A DNA stretch of 63,336 bases, filler included, from Olpidium bornovanus S191 (taxonomy: Eukaryota > Fungi > Olpidiomycota), in NCBI GenBank assembly GCA_017911155.1. It is 32 parts of 32 records of this genome, joined end to end, with 100 filler letters (N's around TTAATTAATTAA, not from the genome) between each part and the next. Parts side by side here need not be neighbours in the genome. Positions count along the whole stretch, not along the records: positions 57,235 to 60,858 come from JAEFCI010000427.1; positions 60,959 to 63,336 come from JAEFCI010007003.1; 30 more parts are not named here. One strand, written 5' to 3'. Shown piece by piece: positions 59,320-63,336 of the stretch (its first letter is position 1; each line of letters starts with the position of its first letter). A program made the position numbers and the translations under genes. The notes beneath the pieces are model-generated. The model was not told the DNA's origin and made no database searches. It saw only the letters and a list, made by a program, of their open reading frames with translations.

Positions 59320-60840
59320 ATGAACGGCGAGGCGGCGATCCGGGGGGGGAATGCGGCCGCGAAGGCGGCGGCGGCGGCCACCTCAGCGCAGAGGAGCGGG
59401 GGAAGCCACGGCGCCGCTCGCTGGTCGCCGAAGCCAGACGGGCAACCGGGCTGGAGGACGGCTAATCGGAAGGCGCTGGCCGCGTCCGCCCCGACGAAGG
59501 GAAAGCGAGCGGGCGACAGGAGATACGCGGGTATCCAGTGAGTGCGGCCTCTCCCGCCGCCGGCGGCGCACAGACAAACGGTTTGCGCATGGAACCTGGG
59601 AAGCCGCCCGGCAGAAGGGAAGACGCGTTTCGGCACTTCAGTTTTGATTGCCTTGGATTTGCTCAACGGACTGCGATCCGGCACCCCGGCGCACGCAGAT
59701 CTGTGGTCGACTCGGGGAGCAGCGCAACGAACTATGCGAAGCGCATGGCGAGCAAAGACGGTCGTATCCTTTTTTGAGTTTTAGACGGAATGATCAGGGA
59801 ACAGGCGACTGCTGGGACTTTTTGGATCTCATTTCCGAGCCAGCCCTGCGATATGCCTTGACACACCTCCCGGTTGGCCACCCCTCAGGCAAAAAAGATG
59901 GAGAGCTTTTCTCAAGGATGAAGCCTCTGGTACGAACGTCACCGGTCGAGGATTCCTCCGCCAATGGAAACATGGCGCAATCGGCGTTGGTTGCCGCTTT
60001 TTGCGTCACAAAAGCTTGGCCGAGTTCGGCTCACATGTTTGGTTGCTCTCACCGGTCTGCTCTCCAACAAAGGGTAGACGTTTGCCCGCATACTTCTGGA
60101 GGCGTCCATGAGCCACGACCTGGCGGCCCTTGAATCCCGCGCTCTGCAGTGTTCCACGAACGCCCACCGCCACCCCGGAACCCGTCCGCATTCTCCTCTC
60201 CGCGTTGCCGCCGGCTCGGGGGTGAAGCCGGCACCTCCGGGCCACGTGAACGACGTCCTGATCGGCAAAGGGACCGGCGGCGACGCCCCTGTCGCGTACG
60301 ACGATCCTCCCGCGTCGGCGGCTGGGCTGGCGGCTGCCGCGGACATGCTGCCGTACTTCCTGATGGACGCCAGGAGTCCTGACGAGTGGGCGAAGGGGCA
60401 TTTGGTTGGAGGTAAGGCAGCATTCCCACCTGCCAAATCTGCTGGGAGGTGTTTGGGGGGGGGGGGAAGTGGGGGTGGGGAGGACCACAGGGCCGCGTAG
60501 GATCAAAGCCGCGTTCTTCCGGCGTAAGGATGACATGACGTGCGTTAAAAATGCCTTCAAAATTCAATTTAAGCGTGCTGCTATCCCGCGACGGTGCGGA
60601 CAAGAGCCTCCGGCCCGATTGCCAGCAGAGAGTTGATGGCATACTGTAACAGCGAGAATAAGTTTATTGTCGTCTACGATGAAGACGAGCGGTAAAGGCT
60701 TTCTCGATAACTTTTGGCGAATTTTTGACATCAGTCTCATGCCAATGCCCCGCTCTCTTTCGCCGACACCAGTGAAGCGCCGCTGTTGGCCCAGTCGTTG
60801 GCAGAAAGAGGCGTGACGAACTGCTACCTGTTATCGGGCG
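59320..60840 (+). CDS. CEP41: Centrosomal/ciliary rhodanese-domain protein CEP41, 3' partial
   Basis: Exons 59320-59537, 59699-59760, 59889-59929, 60078-60411, 60574-60691 and 60773-60840 give RYAGIQSVVDSGSS, KKDGELFSRMKPLTFARIL, PYFLMDARSPDEWAKGHLVGA, NKFIVVYDEDER and ERGVTNCYLLSG. Confidence 0.85.
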
Positions 60841-61035
60841 GTATGATTGCCTTGATGANNNNNNNNNNNNNNNNNNNNNNNNNNNNNNNNNNNNNNNNNN
60901 NNTTAATTAATTAANNNNNNNNNNNNNNNNNNNNNNNNNNNNNNNNNNNNNNNNNNNNCAACATCGGGCGGAACCCACAATACGAAATGCCCCGGAAAAA
61001 AGGGCCCGAACCCCCCCGGACCCCGCCAAAAAAAG

Positions 61036-61072
<37 letters not shown>

Positions 61073-61364
61073 TTGGAAAAGAAAACCCCGCGACGCTGGC
61101 CTGCGAAAGGCGCGGCTCTGAAGCAGGCGCGCAAGGCTGAGACGGGTTCCAGGAGCGTTTGACTCTGGATTCGCAGACAGTGGACCGCGTTCGCGCGGCG
61201 CGCACCTTCCAGCCACGCTGAAATCTGTGAACCGGTTTCGCCGGCCGTCGGCCGCGGACCACGCGAGAGCCCGACCGAACCGCGGCTGCAACGCAGCGAG
61301 TGAACTCGCCAAGAACGGTGTTTGCTGGCTGTGCGGAGGAGACGAAAGCAAGTGTTAGGTCATT

Positions 61365-63336
61365 ATGGCAGAGGCGCCGCTCGGAAGAGCCTTGTTTGTC
61401 GATGCCTCGGGGCGCGGATCGCCAGGTCCGGGTGCGAAGACTCCTACGCGGCCGTCCACGGATAACCGCAAATCCTCGATCAACTACCCGAAGAGGTCGC
61501 TTTCGCGAGACTTCGTTCTACGAGCTCTGTCACCGAGGATCGCTGTTGTTTCGTCTCCTGATGCGGACGTGCTGTGCCAGGAGAACGGTCTTACGAACTT
61601 TTGCGAGCTGCTCAGACCCTTTGGGGATCGGATAGACGGGAAAGGTATGCCCGCCGGAATAGAGGTGCTCGTTCCTTGGGTTTTCTACCGATGATCTGCG
61701 ACCTCCTTCCCCGCGATCGGCGCTCCGATGCTAACTTGGGTGACAACCCGCGCGAAACGCAGTAACTGCGCGTGACAATCAAGGCCTACCTCTAACCCTG
61801 GAACCGCTTTTCGTCCGCTTTGTTGAACTTTCCAAGCTGGAGGCGCCGGACCCGGACGCTGTTCTCAGGTTGATGGCACAATGTGTCCGCAAGAAGTTCC
61901 AGACTTACGACGGCCCAAAATACGACAGCTTCCGAAGTAAAAAGGATGTAAACGATCAATACCTGAATTGTAAGGACTGATTTGCGGCTCGACTCCTCTC
62001 ACGAGTGGGTGGCGGTGGCGTGTGCCGAGGATAAAACCTCGAATTCTCGTTCAGCTCTGTTGGACGAAATGACCCCGTGGTATGCAAGATTCAGAAAATT
62101 ATTCATAGACTACTCTGCCGGTGTCTCAGAGCACGAAAGTTTTGATCACCCCGTTGCGTGTATGTCGTGCTTGGTTCGCCTGGACATAAATTGTTATTTG
62201 GATTTTCGCAGGCGCGTTTGACGCCTTTATCCGTATTTAGGTATTCTCGCGATAACCGGCAACAATCCGGATCCTCTCAACACGGTGCTCAGACTCTACA
62301 ACCTCACTTCGCCTGCTCCAGTGTACGAAAAGGGATTCATTGAGCCAAATATTGTGAAAGGTTACGTGATACTTCACGACAATGTGCGAGGAAATTTAAA
62401 AGAGTATGTCGGGTGTTGCAGGTTTCGACCTATGAAATGTGAAGTCTGTTGACAAACTCACTTTTTTTCTTCATCACCAGGTCCGAGCACCTTCTAGATC
62501 AGATGAAGAAGACGTTCGGTGGCAATTGCTTCTTGCTCAAAATCAATTCTGTCCGGCCGCAGGGTCCGCCACATTCTGTGGCACCCAACGATCCGTTTGC
62601 GAGCCCGACGGACGCGACAGCCACCGCAGTCCCTGTGGTGCCGGACATATGGTCGTCGTACGTAGCCGATGAGGACCAGCTATTGCACCTGGCGTCCCCG
62701 TCGTCATTGCCTGATGGGAGGCGAGACTCTATCGGTTCGTCCGTGATTTCGCCCCAACTTGGGGTTTGCACGCTCGGCAAGCCGGCCACCGACACTTTAG
62801 GACTCGGGCTACCGGGGATCACGACAGAATCTGCCGCCGCCCAAGCGGCGCAGACGCTGCGTGGCGCGAGGTTCAACAACGAGGATATCTCTTCTGTCCA
62901 AACGTTCATTCGGGAATTTGTGGTCGGCGTGGTCATCCCTTGGATGGAACGTCAGGCCTCGTTTTGGAACGAAGAGGTATATACTTGTTATGCCTCTTGG
63001 CCGGTGTTTTTTTTTTTACCGTCACTACTGTTTCCTTGTCCTCAATGTATAATTGTCTGTAAAGGTTGCCAGCTCGCGACGGGGTCTTACTGGAAGGCTG
63101 TTCAGTGCAGGTCGGCGGTATTTTGGGACTGGCCGCCAAACACCTGGCTTCACACCCGCTGCCGTGGCCACGACCAATGCTACCGGCGGAAGCAGTCCTC
63201 CTAGTTCCAGCGGCGTATCAGTGTACGTTTTGAAATGGCAGAGTGTGTGACCTGCAAAGTGTGTGAGGAGCTTGCCACCTACCGCGCATAGGTTCCTCTT
63301 GATCCGGAGAGTATGTTCAGCACCTGAAGACGCATG
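61365..63336 (+). CDS. TRS85: TRAPP III subunit Trs85/TRAPPC8, 3' partial
   Basis: LSPRIAVVSSPDADVLC...NFCELLRPFG, TPWYARF, SEHESFDHPVAC, TFGGNCFLLKINS and FIREFVVGVVIPWMER. Confidence 0.92.

Noticed and set aside
218-63250. Hundreds of long overlapping Pro/Arg/Gly/Ala-rich or poly-Lys/Phe ORFs in the six-frame track
   Set aside because: Shadow frames of GC-rich exons, or translations of homopolymers and introns.
1-63336. rRNA, tRNA, CRISPR arrays or bacterial defence-type gene clusters
   Set aside because: None recognised; all identifiable genes are spliceosomal-intron-containing eukaryotic genes or LTR-element remnants.

Overview
This window is not one locus and is not prokaryotic. It joins 32 short contigs (about 1-3.6 kb) with 31 identical 100-nt artificial linkers (44 N + TTAATTAATTAA + 44 N), so neighbouring contigs carry no synteny information. 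The DNA is GC-rich and intron-dense, with many long homopolymer tracts. It comes from a fungus (Zn2Cys6/ERT1-type factor, fungal-type Cdc24, Cox12, Ddl1, Trs85) that still has a flagellum (centrin, CEP41, SHIPPO/STPG-repeat protein). It is therefore most likely a zoosporic early-diverging fungus; an Olpidium-like organism is an unverified guess. I rebuilt exon chains by hand for about 20 mostly partial genes; only the DUF836 glutaredoxin-like gene and BCS1 are complete by exon-length check. There are also decayed Ty3/gypsy gag copies, an RNase H remnant and Ty1/copia remnants. I found no RNA gene, CRISPR array or operon-like system. The strongest signal is an unusually relaxed splicing architecture: about one in five homology-inferred acceptors is AAG, two introns are GC-AG, COX12 appears to need a GT-AA intron, and there are 4-, 10- and 11-nt micro-exons. 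Other points worth checking are an intron-containing apolipoprotein N-acyltransferase (Lnt)-like gene, a LOTUS/OST-HTH-like protein, and a non-tRNA-like motif shared upstream of two gag copies. All protein identities come from recalled family motifs; no database search was run.
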